This document shows, one piece after another, positions 45,099-55,788 of a DNA stretch of 64,000 nucleotides (within the stretch, counting starts at the first letter, position 1; every line of letters begins with the position of its first letter). The position numbers and the translations under genes are program-made. Under the pieces are notes generated by a model that worked only from the letters and a program-made list of their open reading frames with translations, did not search any database and was not told the origin of the DNA. The DNA is from Clostridia bacterium (GTDB lineage Bacteria; Bacillota; Clostridia; Oscillospirales; CAG-272). The stretch spans positions 10,391 through 74,390 of the forward strand of contig JAFVQW010000041.1 of the NCBI GenBank assembly GCA_017504605.1, in the 5' to 3' direction.

Positions 45099-48095
45099 AT
45101 GAAAAAAACGAACGGGAAGAGGATAGCACTTTTGGCGGTGACTGTGCTTATGTGTGTTGCCGCGGTCTTCACGCTTGCCACGTCTGCGGCGAGGGTGGGC
45201 AGTCTCGACGAGGCTAACCGACTTCTTGAGCAGGTGAAAAAGGTAGATATAGGAGAGGACAGCGCGGCGGCGTGCGAGGAAATGTCGAGCGCCATCTTCA
45301 ATCTTCGCTCCTACATACTTCGTATGCCTCTTGACGAGAGCGAGAGCGGCTATAACGAGTTCGCCTTCGAGTACGGCAAGGAGCAGTTCAGATATGCCGA
45401 GCTGATAATGAAGGTGTTCGACGAGGCGAAGGAGAAAACCGATGCAAGCGGCAATCCCTCCCCCGACGTTCCCGCGATGCAGAGCGCGCTTGACGACATG
45501 TTCGTGCTTCTTTCCGCCGATGATTTTATGATAGAGCGAGCGCTCGTTTATAATGAGGGTGAGGACGGAGTTTTCAGTGCGGATTACGATGCTCTTAACG
45601 AGAAATACGCCGAGGCTCCCTTCGGCTGCGTAGAGGCTATGCTTGACAATCTTCCGAACGAGGCGGATATGGCGGCGGCGCTTACCAACGCGGCGGCGTT
45701 CATCGAGCGAAACGGAATTAATATTAATGATGCAAGCAACGCGAGCATCAAGGAAAAGCTTTTTAACGCGAGACTTGCTTGCGCTAACGGGCTTCTCGAT
45801 GCGGTTGCCGACGATGCCGCGGGGATTGACGCGCAGAAGAACGGCGTGGCACTCCGTAAGCTCTCGGCGTTTATCAAGGCAAACCCTCTCGGTAAGGACG
45901 AGACCGAGGGCAGCGATTATATGACCTTTATGGCCGCGTATGAGCAGCGTATTGAGGTACAGAACGAGGCGCTTCGCGCCGCTCGCGAGGCTCTTACGTC
46001 CAAGGCGAGCTTCGGCGACCACTACGCGGGAGTGCTCTTCTTCAAGGGAACGGCCTTCGCCGTAGGAAATCAGTCTATAAACTATGCCGACGTTGACAGT
46101 GGCGCCGACGGCGACAACGAGTACTTCACCGTCAGATATGAGAACACAAAGGTGACCCATACTCATATAAGCACCGCGAGCGTTCCCGACAACAGTCGCG
46201 GCGTCGTCGTGGAGTTTGACTTTACCACCTTCGGCGATATGCCGAGCGGCTCGGTCATCATCGAGCGCGGCTCGTACACCTTCCCCGACGGACAGACCTC
46301 GGGAGTTGAGTTCTTTAAGATAAACAAGGACGGTGTCACGATAGGAAACACGACCGTCGCGGGGCTTGTACAGCCCGGCGAGTGGACGCACTTCACCCTC
46401 ATTATCGACCCCGATTGCAATGCTACGCTCTACGTCGATTACGTGCTTGTCGGCAGTGTGAGCCTTAAGGTAAGAAACTACGTCTTCGAGATTGGCGCTA
46501 TAAGAATGGGCGCACAGGCGGCCTCGGGTGAGTTCTCGATTGACAATTATATGGCGTATACCGGCACCTCGATACGCGACTGCGACTATCTCGCACAGCT
46601 CCGTGCCGATACCGAGGCCTACTTCGTACGTCTTTATCAGGGACTTAAGCACAGGCTTACCGACCACAGGGTGCTTCTCAACATCTACGACGAGTGCGCG
46701 GCGCTCGTTAACGAGTTCACTCCCGAAACCGAGGAGGGCATAGCGGCCGTCGAGGCCTTCCGCGCTATGAGCCGCTCCGACGTGCAGGATAAGGCGCTCG
46801 AGAATGCGAGAGAGAAGCTCGCGGAGAAGATAACCGCAATCAAGGATAAGCCGCGCGACAGCTCGACCTCTAAGGAGCGCATAGCGATGCTCTCCAACCT
46901 TGATAAATTCCTTGCCTACAACGAGGGCATTATGAGCGAGACCGAGAACGACGAGCTCTACGTTGCGATACAGAAAATAAAGAAGCAGCTCGACGACGAG
47001 GACTTCGTAGCCCTTCTCGTTACGGCTGTGAACGACTTCTTCGCCGAGAGCGATGCGTTCAAAATTAAAGCAAAATACGATATGGCAAAGAAATACATTA
47101 CCGAGGCCGAGAGCGACGAGGAGATTATGGCTATGCGCCGTCTCTCGGGCTTTGCGAGCTTCTCGGTTGCGTACGAGCGCTTTAAGACCGAGGGTCCTAC
47201 CCACTACGGCGACCTCGTCAGCATTGACAACACCGAGATTTTCGTGTCTATGATGAAATACGTTGCGTCGCTTATTTCCGACCCCGATTGGAAGACCAAG
47301 CATTACGACGAGATTGACAAGTACATAATGCTTGCCTCCGAGCGCGTGGAGGATGGAGCCTACGACGAGCTTTACAGCGGCTTTAGCGAGGCCTACGAGG
47401 TATATCTCGAGTACGCTCACTACTTCTTCCTCGAGCGTCAGCCGGGATATATTACCGAGCTTCGCGGCCTGCTTGATAAATGCATAGCCGCGGTTCACCC
47501 GGTTGAGAAGGCGGGCGTGATCGCGTACATCGGCGACTATATAGACAACACCGACCTTGATTTTGAGAACTCCGAGATTATAGCACTCGTTGACGAGTAC
47601 GAGGAGCTTCTCGCGACCCTTGACGGTGCCGACGGCGCGTACGAGGAGCTTCGCACGGAGTATACCGAGAAATTCATTGAAGCCGTGGCGCTTATTGCCG
47701 AGGCGGAGGGATACGCCGCTCGCCGAGCGCTCGCGGACGAGGCGCGTGTATATTATACGCACATTAACAGAACGGGCGACGGGGTCTCGGCCGCAGAGGC
47801 AGAGTACCTTGAGATTGAGGCCGCTCTTGGCGCGGTGGAGGCTGTTGCAAAGAGATTTATCTCGGAGTATGCGCTTTTAGCCTCTGCACGTACTAACGAG
47901 GAGCGCTTCGCCGCACTCGTTACCCTCTCGGCTCTTTACGCCGAGGGAATAGAGACCGAGGTGGCGGGTGCCGCCGCGGCAATTGACGGATACAATTCCG
48001 CAATCGACGATATGAACGAATTTATAAACAAGCATAACGGCGAGCTTGATGAGCTGCTTCGCGCATCGCTTGCAGCGCTCGTCAAGGCTAAATAA
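45099..48095 (+). CDS. 998-aa secreted, mostly alpha-helical protein with a central LamG/concanavalin-like insert; function unknown
   Basis: Ribosome-binding site ggagg and signal peptide MKKTNGKRIALLAVTVLMCVAAVFTLATSA. Flanks are rich in A, E and L. The central segment YFTVRYENTKV...GEWTHFTLIIDPD...FSIDNYMAYTG looks LamG-like. Confidence 0.8.
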   Translation: MKKTNGKRIALLAVTVLMCVAAVFTLATSAARVGSLDEANRLLEQVKKVDIGEDSAAACEEMSSAIFNLRSYILRMPLDESESGYNEFAFEYGKEQFRYAELIMKVFDEAKEKTDASGNPSPDVPAMQSALDDMFVLLSADDFMIERALVYNEGEDGVFSADYDALNEKYAEAPFGCVEAMLDNLPNEADMAAALTNAAAFIERNGININDASNASIKEKLFNARLACANGLLDAVADDAAGIDAQKNGVALRKLSAFIKANPLGKDETEGSDYMTFMAAYEQRIEVQNEALRAAREALTSKASFGDHYAGVLFFKGTAFAVGNQSINYADVDSGADGDNEYFTVRYENTKVTHTHISTASVPDNSRGVVVEFDFTTFGDMPSGSVIIERGSYTFPDGQTSGVEFFKINKDGVTIGNTTVAGLVQPGEWTHFTLIIDPDCNATLYVDYVLVGSVSLKVRNYVFEIGAIRMGAQAASGEFSIDNYMAYTGTSIRDCDYLAQLRADTEAYFVRLYQGLKHRLTDHRVLLNIYDECAALVNEFTPETEEGIAAVEAFRAMSRSDVQDKALENAREKLAEKITAIKDKPRDSSTSKERIAMLSNLDKFLAYNEGIMSETENDELYVAIQKIKKQLDDEDFVALLVTAVNDFFAESDAFKIKAKYDMAKKYITEAESDEEIMAMRRLSGFASFSVAYERFKTEGPTHYGDLVSIDNTEIFVSMMKYVASLISDPDWKTKHYDEIDKYIMLASERVEDGAYDELYSGFSEAYEVYLEYAHYFFLERQPGYITELRGLLDKCIAAVHPVEKAGVIAYIGDYIDNTDLDFENSEIIALVDEYEELLATLDGADGAYEELRTEYTEKFIEAVALIAEAEGYAARRALADEARVYYTHINRTGDGVSAAEAEYLEIEAALGAVEAVAKRFISEYALLASARTNEERFAALVTLSALYAEGIETEVAGAAAAIDGYNSAIDDMNEFINKHNGELDELLRASLAALVKAK

Positions 48096-48113
48096 TAAGA
48101 AAGGAGAGAAAAA

Positions 48114-51100
48114 ATGAAAATCAGAAAAACGAGCAGCAGAATACTGTCCTTTTTACTTCTCCTTTCTATCATAGCATCTCTGTTTTCGGTTTTTGCCTAT
48201 GCCGCGACTGACGAGAGTGTCGGTACAGCCGAGAGTGCGGAGGGAGCAGGACTCAGCGTAGTCTATAACAGAGGCTTCGCCGAGGGTTGGGATTACACCA
48301 ACGGACTTACCCCTTATATCGAGGGTGACGTTTCCTACGGTATAGAATACGTGAAGATGAGTGCCTCGAGGTACGAATACTATCTCAACGTTGAGGTAAA
48401 CGGAGAGAGCGAGGGCTACCTTGAGATTGATGCGGGGGATAATCTCCCCGCCTCGGGCAAGCAGTTCCTTACCTTCGATGCCCGCGCCGAGGAGGATGCG
48501 GATATTGTCGGAGCCGTAATTGCTATGACGGCGGGTGAGGGCTCGGCCTCGGAGATGATGCATCTTCTGTCCTACGTCGACGGCGAGATTTACTCGCTCG
48601 GAAGGAAGGTAGGAGAGGCTGACGGCAGCTGGCAGCACTTCTTATTTGAAATTGATTACGACTACGAGGGCGAGAGCGAGAGAGAATTTCTCGTAACCCT
48701 CTATCTTGACGGCGAGGCCTTCACGAGCGTACAGAGCGCGGGCAAGGGCGGCTTCGGCATCGGCAGCGTGCTTATCGGCGCAGGCGCCGACGAGGACCGC
48801 ACGGGCGGCTCCTATCAGCTCGATACGGTTGCGCTCTACCACGGAGTAGACGCCCCGACCGATATTCCGAACGGAAACTTCGGCACGGCGGTAGACAGAA
48901 CTCTCGTGCGCAACTTTACCATTCTCGGCCTCGGTGAGAGGACCGACGACCCGAACGTGCTCTCGGGCACTCCCGCGCTCGACCGTATCAGCACCTCGAG
49001 CGTCAGCGTGCTTTACAACCGCCACTATGGCGAGGGCTGGGATTGGAGCAACGGCTTCAACAGCCTCAGCACGAGCAAGCTCGCGAGCAATCTCGCCGAG
49101 CTTCGCAGCGATTACAGCTTTATAGTCAACAAGAGCGAGAACTTCCTCAACCATTATCTTGCGATTGAGAAGAAGAACGACACGCTCGGCTACGTATATC
49201 TCGCACCCGAGTCAAACGACAACTCGCCGCTTATAGCGAGCACCTCGGGTAAGGTGTTCATCGAGTTTGATATGAAGACCTCGGATAACAACGGCACGAT
49301 GCTTCTCACTCTTATAACCGACCCGAAGTCAGAGGGTGACACGCTCGTCTACACCGATAACGGAGAGCTCTATCTGCTCGGCCGGAAGGTTGGTACCGTC
49401 GGCGGCGAGTGGCTCCGCATTTCGATAATGCTCGATTTTGCGGGCATATACCGCGACGGCTCCTACAGTGCCGAGGCGCATTACGGCTCCGAGGGCGGGG
49501 TCGTGTACTCCTCCTATACCGCTACGACCCCGACCGTTACGAATTTGAGATTCGGCACGGCGGATAAGAAGGCCGGCAACACGGGCGACTGGTTCGGCAT
49601 CGATAACCTCGCGGTTTATTGGGGTGCCTCTACCTTCGTCAATCTCCCGAGTGACGAGCTCGGTGAGCTCGTTAATACGAGACTTGAAAAGGATTTTGCA
49701 CTCTCCGTCGAGGGCGAGTCGCTTACGGTGAACGAGATTTACAATGCCTCGCTTACTATGAAGGTCGGCTCGAGCTTCGCATATCTTCTCGGTAAGCAGG
49801 TGAAAATCTACGAGACCGAGAGCGGCGAGCGCTACGGTGCACCCGTTAAGGTTGACGGCAAGGTTCTCCTGCCGCTTCAGTCTATTATCGACTTTACGGG
49901 AGCAACGCTCATTCCTCACGATGACTTCAAGAGCTTCGAGGTCTTCCTCGGCTCGACACTCTCGTACCTCACGCTCGGCTCGACCGATGCTATAATCGGC
50001 GGTAAGCGTGTCAGCCTCGCGGCGGCTCCCGCGGTGGTTGAGGCGGGCGAGGGAATGTCCTACGTGGTTATCGGAATGGACGACCTTGAGGCTATTTTCC
50101 CCGGCTTCTACGTGGTTTGGGACGATTGCGGACTTCTCACGGTTACCGAGTATAAGAACTTTATAAACAGAAATATGAGCGGCGCGTTCGATACTATGGT
50201 ATCGATTATGCGTAAATTCCTCTACGATTACGTGGACGGGGATACCGTTTACGAGATGGCGAAGGAGCACACGAACAACTTCGACCACCCCTACCTGTTT
50301 GCTAATCAGGATAAGTTCGACGAGCTTCGGAGAGTATATTACGCCGCACCCGGCGACGAGGACTTCAACGCCGAGCTCGCGGGCTATATGCAGGTTCGCG
50401 TTGACCGTGCCGACGAGCGCCTCGGAGCGCTTGCCGAGCTTGACGAGACGGGCAGATACCTCGGTGTTAAGCCCGAGAAGATTCCCGTGAACACCAACTA
50501 CGTCACCGAGCCCGGCAACAACGGCTACGACGTCGGCGGACGACTTAATCTTATTTACCGTGACGATTATACCGGCGCTCTTGAGGATATTGCCTTCGCA
50601 TACCAGGTTACGGGCAATACCGTCTACGCCGAGTTCCTTCTCGACTTCATCGGCTACTTCTGCGACGACGAGCTCTGGCCTCACTGGGGTCCCTCTCACT
50701 TCCTTAACGTCGCGGAGAGCGTTATACACATGGCGATAGCCTACGACTGGTGCTACGACGCGTGGATGGAAATAAGCCCCGAGCAGACTATGCACATAAG
50801 AGCGAAGCTCTATGAGAAGGGCGGCTATCACGGCTACAACTCGATGCTTACGACCGTTTGCCCGAAGGAATTTATATCGGCTAAGGGCTACCGCTGCTAC
50901 AACTACCACATAACGACTAACAACTGGAACACGGTATGCTCGAACGGTATGGTGGTCACGGCGCTCGCGCTCTTTGACATTGACACCAACGCCGATATGG
51001 ATAAAATCAATAACAACGAGGCCCTCTCGCAGATGAAGGCGCTCGTTTCGGGCGATATCCGAAGCCTTGTCAACTACGCGATGCATTACTACCAGTTCGA

Positions 51101-52658
51101 CGGCTCCTACTCCGAGTCGGTCGGATATTGGGATGCCTCGACACAGGGCTATCACCAGATGACCGCGGTGCTTGAGTCGGTTACCGGCTCCACCTTCGGC
51201 TACCTCGATACCTGGGGTATGGATAGGACCTACTATTTCGCTCTCTCCTTTGAGTCGAGCGACCACTACACCTGGCCCTTCCACGACGACTCTGCGAGCG
51301 AGCTGTCTACTCCGCTTATGATGTATTATTCCACGGCCTCGGGCGACAGCGTTCTCGGTCAGATAAGGAAGATACAGCTGGCACAGGGTAAGACTCCGAC
51401 GATATGGGATGCGATTTACTATCAGGATGCCGATGCAGACGGAGATATTGAGCTTCCCCTTACCTTCACCGCATCGAAGATAGAGGCCTTCGTGGCCAGA
51501 ACCTCGTGGGAGAAGGGAGCGCTCTTCACGGGAATTATGGGCGGATATAACGGCGAGGGCCACGCTCATATGGACTCGGGCAACTGGGTTTACTACAACA
51601 AGGGCATTAACTGGTTTAAGGACCTTGGAAGCGACAACTACAACGTATATAACTATTGGAGCTCCTACCACGTATACAGAAGGAGCGCCGAGGGACACAA
51701 CCTCTTTATAATGAACACATCCTCCTACGAGTACGGTATGGACCTTCAGGGCACGGGCTACCTCACCGACACACTGGTTAACGAGCACGGCTCCTACGCC
51801 ATCATTGACCAGTCCGAGGTATACGGCGGCTCGAAAATGGTTAACTATGCTCGCCGCGGTATGCTTATTACCAACGACAACAACACCGTTGTTATTCAGG
51901 ACGAGGTACAGTTTAAGACCATGACCAAGTCCTATTGGATAGCACACGTGAACGTTGCGCGAAGCAACGTGATGGGCTTCGTTGAAAAGATTGAGGTTTC
52001 AGCGGATAAGAAGGTGGCCTATCTCCACGGTGTCAACCGGAGCAAGGGCGAGAGATACACCCTGCGCGTAACGCTTATCACGGCGGTTCTCGGTGCGGGC
52101 TTCGAGGTCTGGGATGCGGGTATGAGTGACTTTGCGCTTCCCGGCACCTACCGCCCCGGCTACTCCGAGTCTATGGGCGGAGAGCCTCAGACGAGTAACG
52201 TCGGTGCACAGAGGCTCGTCGTAGAAATAAAGGACAGAACCGAGGTTAAGATAGCCGTGGCTATCGAGCTTGTAGACAGAGAAAACGAGCTTGAGACCGG
52301 CTACAAGATGACCGATATGAAGAAGTGGGCGCCCGCGGCCGACACTCGCGGATATATAGCAGATGCGGTCGAGACCCGCTCCTCTCACGTAAACGGCGTT
52401 TATACCAACGTATCTCAGCTCCAGGCCTTTGAACCGAGCACTCTCCTCGGCGTGAATATGGAGGAGGCCTACAAGAAAATGGCTAATATAGGTTACATAG
52501 TAAGTAAGAACCAGAATATAGTCAACGTTGATTATTACAAGGAGCTCCTTGTAACCTACTACGACTGCCGTGCGACATACGACGGCTTCATTAAGAATGC
52601 CAATGCGGCGGCGGCCACCGCACGCGAGCTGGTCGGTGAGCTCTTCGGCTCCCGATGA
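48114..52658 (+). CDS. 1514-aa secreted heparinase II/III-like polysaccharide lyase with two LamG-like modules and a copper-amine-oxidase-N-like domain
   Basis: Signal peptide ...SLFSVFAYA. Two LamG-like modules (GSWQHFLFEIDYD..LDTVALYHG; GEWLRISIMLDF..GIDNLAVYWG) and a VKVDGKVLLPLQSIIDFTGA stalk. DHPYLFANQDKFDELRR is toroid-like. GEGHAHMDSGNWVYYNKGINWFKDLG and AEGHNLFIMN are heparinase II/III C-domain-like. Confidence 0.8.
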   Translation: MKIRKTSSRILSFLLLLSIIASLFSVFAYAATDESVGTAESAEGAGLSVVYNRGFAEGWDYTNGLTPYIEGDVSYGIEYVKMSASRYEYYLNVEVNGESEGYLEIDAGDNLPASGKQFLTFDARAEEDADIVGAVIAMTAGEGSASEMMHLLSYVDGEIYSLGRKVGEADGSWQHFLFEIDYDYEGESEREFLVTLYLDGEAFTSVQSAGKGGFGIGSVLIGAGADEDRTGGSYQLDTVALYHGVDAPTDIPNGNFGTAVDRTLVRNFTILGLGERTDDPNVLSGTPALDRISTSSVSVLYNRHYGEGWDWSNGFNSLSTSKLASNLAELRSDYSFIVNKSENFLNHYLAIEKKNDTLGYVYLAPESNDNSPLIASTSGKVFIEFDMKTSDNNGTMLLTLITDPKSEGDTLVYTDNGELYLLGRKVGTVGGEWLRISIMLDFAGIYRDGSYSAEAHYGSEGGVVYSSYTATTPTVTNLRFGTADKKAGNTGDWFGIDNLAVYWGASTFVNLPSDELGELVNTRLEKDFALSVEGESLTVNEIYNASLTMKVGSSFAYLLGKQVKIYETESGERYGAPVKVDGKVLLPLQSIIDFTGATLIPHDDFKSFEVFLGSTLSYLTLGSTDAIIGGKRVSLAAAPAVVEAGEGMSYVVIGMDDLEAIFPGFYVVWDDCGLLTVTEYKNFINRNMSGAFDTMVSIMRKFLYDYVDGDTVYEMAKEHTNNFDHPYLFANQDKFDELRRVYYAAPGDEDFNAELAGYMQVRVDRADERLGALAELDETGRYLGVKPEKIPVNTNYVTEPGNNGYDVGGRLNLIYRDDYTGALEDIAFAYQVTGNTVYAEFLLDFIGYFCDDELWPHWGPSHFLNVAESVIHMAIAYDWCYDAWMEISPEQTMHIRAKLYEKGGYHGYNSMLTTVCPKEFISAKGYRCYNYHITTNNWNTVCSNGMVVTALALFDIDTNADMDKINNNEALSQMKALVSGDIRSLVNYAMHYYQFDGSYSESVGYWDASTQGYHQMTAVLESVTGSTFGYLDTWGMDRTYYFALSFESSDHYTWPFHDDSASELSTPLMMYYSTASGDSVLGQIRKIQLAQGKTPTIWDAIYYQDADADGDIELPLTFTASKIEAFVARTSWEKGALFTGIMGGYNGEGHAHMDSGNWVYYNKGINWFKDLGSDNYNVYNYWSSYHVYRRSAEGHNLFIMNTSSYEYGMDLQGTGYLTDTLVNEHGSYAIIDQSEVYGGSKMVNYARRGMLITNDNNTVVIQDEVQFKTMTKSYWIAHVNVARSNVMGFVEKIEVSADKKVAYLHGVNRSKGERYTLRVTLITAVLGAGFEVWDAGMSDFALPGTYRPGYSESMGGEPQTSNVGAQRLVVEIKDRTEVKIAVAIELVDRENELETGYKMTDMKKWAPAADTRGYIADAVETRSSHVNGVYTNVSQLQAFEPSTLLGVNMEEAYKKMANIGYIVSKNQNIVNVDYYKELLVTYYDCRATYDGFIKNANAAAATARELVGELFGSR

Positions 52659-52675
52659 GGTCGAAAGGAGAGAAT

Positions 52676-55600
52676 ATGAAAAGATACGGTAAAATTTTGG
52701 TTTTACTTATAGCTCTCGCGGCGTTGCTGACGGCGGTCTTCCCCGCCGTCAGCGCGGAGGAAGGCGTTGCCTCCTCCGCACCCGCCGCGCCGAGCTATCT
52801 GCCCCCGAGCGTGACGGTCACGGCCGCAGATGCTCTTCAGGGCGCAACGTACGTAATCTACGAGAACGTGCGTGACTTTAACGACGATATTGAAAACGGC
52901 GTTATCGACGGCATGATTGACGGCGAGAACGTGCTCGTAACCCGCGGAACCGAGACGACTATGGCGCTCCCCGCGTCGGGCTACGTCTATCTTCTTGCCG
53001 ACGTAACGGTGCCGCAGGTGTTTAAGCTTTCGGGCGGTGCCGTGCTACAGATTAACTGCGGCCGTAAAAAGCTCACCTTAGGCAAGGTGCGTAACGTTAT
53101 CAGCGGCTCCTCGCTTGCGATATTCAACGGAGCGCTTAACCCCTCAGCGTGGGCTACCGAGGGAACTCTCGAGACCACGGATACGGCGGCGTATATCGCA
53201 TTCCGTGACCTCGATATCACGACCAACGACGGATACGGAAGCGCGAGATTTATCTGGGCGAGAAGCGCCGTGTACGGATACTTCGAGAACCTAACCTACG
53301 ACTCCTCGGCCGGAAGAAAGCGCTTTATCTGGCTCGCGAGCAACGGAACGCAGGACTACACCTTCAAGAACGTAAATATAACTCAAAACGCTAAAAACCC
53401 CGACCCCGTGGTTGAGCTTGCGGGGCAGGCGTGTAACGTTTCGCTCTATTTTGATAAGGATACGAAAATTAATTCCAAGCTCTTTAACTCCGCACTTGCT
53501 GCGGGCTCGCAGCTCTTGGTTTCTGCCGAGGTCGGCTGTAAAATAAAAAACAACGACTGGATACTCGACCCCTCCCTCGTGTCGACTAACCTCAAGCTTG
53601 ACTTTATAAGTCCCTTGGGCGTTTCCGCGAGGTTCGTGGACGTCGGCGGAATCTTCGTTCTTACCGAGGCAATCTCCGAGATTTTATGGCACGGCGTTGA
53701 CGGTGCCCCCATTGGAGAGAAGATTTCCATATTCGAGGGTGACGTGATAGTTCCTCCCGAGCTGCCGAAGACGGTCAGCGAGAAGGAGGGCGGCGGATAC
53801 ACCGTTACAGAATACGTGTGGGCGAGAGAGATTGGCGGCGAGGCCGTGGATATTGACTCGCTTCGCGGCTCGGTTAACCTCTACGCCGTGGCGGGCGAGC
53901 CGCTCGATGCTACCCTCGCTCTTCTCGGTGCGGACGGTAAGCTTGTCGACGCATGGATTACCGACAGACTCACCAAGGATACCGTGTCAAATATGCCTGC
54001 GGGCTCGACGCTCCTTATGCTCGCCGACCTCTCGGTTGACTACGGCGCTTCCGCAGATATGACCTTCGACAGCTATATGGGCGATATCACCGTCGACCTC
54101 GGCGGTCACACTCTGACCCACGTCAGCTACGACGGTAAGACCGACGTCGCCTGGGCTACACCTGCGGCGGGCGTTACGGTAACGCTTCAAAACGGTACTG
54201 TTAATATTTCCAACAGCGGCGGCAAATACGGTACGCTCGTCAGCGGCGAGGGCGAGGGAACAATTAAATTCCACCGTGTTGACATCGTTTCGGCGGGCGG
54301 CCCCGCGATTGTAAATCTCAATGCGGGCAGCTTCATAATGGAGCTTGGCAGAATTGATACGAATGGCAGCGGTACCTACAGACCCTTCCGAATCGGAAAC
54401 GGTGCTACGAAGGCGGTTACCGCATCCCTCGAGCTCTACGGAGTATATCACAGCGGTAAGGGCGGCGACGTCTTCGTCTCTCTTTACTCGGCAAGGAACG
54501 CTAATAATAATATAAAGGTAGTGGTTGGCGAATACGAGGGCACCTACAGCTGGATTAAGACCGGCTATATGCTCCAGTTCTCTCAGGCCAACATCGGCTC
54601 GGCCTCCAAGTACGAGTTTATCTATGACGGAGCCTACGTCTACGGCGGCAACGCCCACGTAACGGGCAGGCCCAAGTGGGACAGTAAGGCGGTCGATGCG
54701 GCACTCGATGAGAAAAACATCAGCTTCTACTTTGACAACTTCATCGGCATGAGACCCGAGGCCGACTATTTTACGAGCACTACAAGCGTGCTTCTCACCA
54801 CCGCGAGCATCAATATTGACAGAGCGCTCACGACGGTCTACAAGGGCAGCGAGGTTTATACCGTGGGGGGACTACTCGACCCCGACTTCGGCTTGATGTC
54901 GAGCCTCACGCTTTACTCCGACCTCGACCTTAACCTTTTTATTCCCGTTGACGTTGTTGGCGGAATAAATACTATCTCGGCCGACGGCACTCTTATCTTC
55001 GACCGCTCGCGCGCCGAGGACTATCCGATTTACGTCGATAGAAGGACGGGAGAGAGATATTACGTCGCGAGCGTGCGCGACATCGCTCCCAACCTTGCGG
55101 CGAAGCAAATAGAGCTTTCCATAAACTACTCGATGTGCTTTACCTACGCGGGCGAGAGTGCAGAGACCGAGCTTAATGCGACCGTCCTGCGCAGCTTCTC
55201 GGTCGTTGATTACATAGAGACGCTCTTCGACACCGAGGGTGTCAGCGAGACGGCACTCGATACCGCACGCGCTCTTAGCGCATATATCATCGCTGCATAC
55301 GATTACTTTGATGTCGACTCGATATTCCACGTCGATACGTGGGAAAAGCTTTTAGACATCGCACTCGAGGTTGGTGCGGAGGAGTTCGTCGGATCCTTTG
55401 GCGAAATTCACGCGCCCGAGGGCGATACCGACTTCGGCCCCGAGGCAGGGGTCACCGCACAGTTCGGTATCGGAACGGTGACGCGCCTCGAGCTTAGCTT
55501 CGGCGCGGTGCGCGACTACGAGATATACTCGGGTGCTAAGCTTATTGCCGAGGGCAGAGCCGACGGCGTTACCCTCGAGCTTCATGCATACGAGCTCTGC

Positions 55601-55777
55601 TCGAGCCTTGTTATCAAGGTGGACGGAAATACCGCTACCTTCTCCTTTGCCGAGTACATCGAGATGCTCCTCGACGGCACGGATATGATGCGCGACAGAC
55701 TTCTTCGCGCAATGTACGCCTACGGCAGATGCGCCGAGCTCCTTCGTGCGGAGCAGCTCTCGAGCGGATTGCTTTGA
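52676..55777 (+). CDS. P4: ~1033-aa secreted protein of the P family
   Basis: Ribosome-binding site aaaggagag 5 nt before the ATG at 52676 (an alternative ATG at 52655 overlaps the upstream stop). Signal peptide MKRYGKILVLLIALAALLTAVFPAVSA. Motifs: YVIYENVRDFNDDIENGVIDGMIDG, VDLGGHTLTH, WATPAAGVTVT, LTLYSDLDLNLFIP, FSFAEYIEMLLDG...MYAYGRCAELLRA. Confidence 0.9.
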   Translation: MKRYGKILVLLIALAALLTAVFPAVSAEEGVASSAPAAPSYLPPSVTVTAADALQGATYVIYENVRDFNDDIENGVIDGMIDGENVLVTRGTETTMALPASGYVYLLADVTVPQVFKLSGGAVLQINCGRKKLTLGKVRNVISGSSLAIFNGALNPSAWATEGTLETTDTAAYIAFRDLDITTNDGYGSARFIWARSAVYGYFENLTYDSSAGRKRFIWLASNGTQDYTFKNVNITQNAKNPDPVVELAGQACNVSLYFDKDTKINSKLFNSALAAGSQLLVSAEVGCKIKNNDWILDPSLVSTNLKLDFISPLGVSARFVDVGGIFVLTEAISEILWHGVDGAPIGEKISIFEGDVIVPPELPKTVSEKEGGGYTVTEYVWAREIGGEAVDIDSLRGSVNLYAVAGEPLDATLALLGADGKLVDAWITDRLTKDTVSNMPAGSTLLMLADLSVDYGASADMTFDSYMGDITVDLGGHTLTHVSYDGKTDVAWATPAAGVTVTLQNGTVNISNSGGKYGTLVSGEGEGTIKFHRVDIVSAGGPAIVNLNAGSFIMELGRIDTNGSGTYRPFRIGNGATKAVTASLELYGVYHSGKGGDVFVSLYSARNANNNIKVVVGEYEGTYSWIKTGYMLQFSQANIGSASKYEFIYDGAYVYGGNAHVTGRPKWDSKAVDAALDEKNISFYFDNFIGMRPEADYFTSTTSVLLTTASINIDRALTTVYKGSEVYTVGGLLDPDFGLMSSLTLYSDLDLNLFIPVDVVGGINTISADGTLIFDRSRAEDYPIYVDRRTGERYYVASVRDIAPNLAAKQIELSINYSMCFTYAGESAETELNATVLRSFSVVDYIETLFDTEGVSETALDTARALSAYIIAAYDYFDVDSIFHVDTWEKLLDIALEVGAEEFVGSFGEIHAPEGDTDFGPEAGVTAQFGIGTVTRLELSFGAVRDYEIYSGAKLIAEGRADGVTLELHAYELCSSLVIKVDGNTATFSFAEYIEMLLDGTDMMRDRLLRAMYAYGRCAELLRAEQLSSGLL

Positions 55778-55788
55778 GTTTAAAAAAG

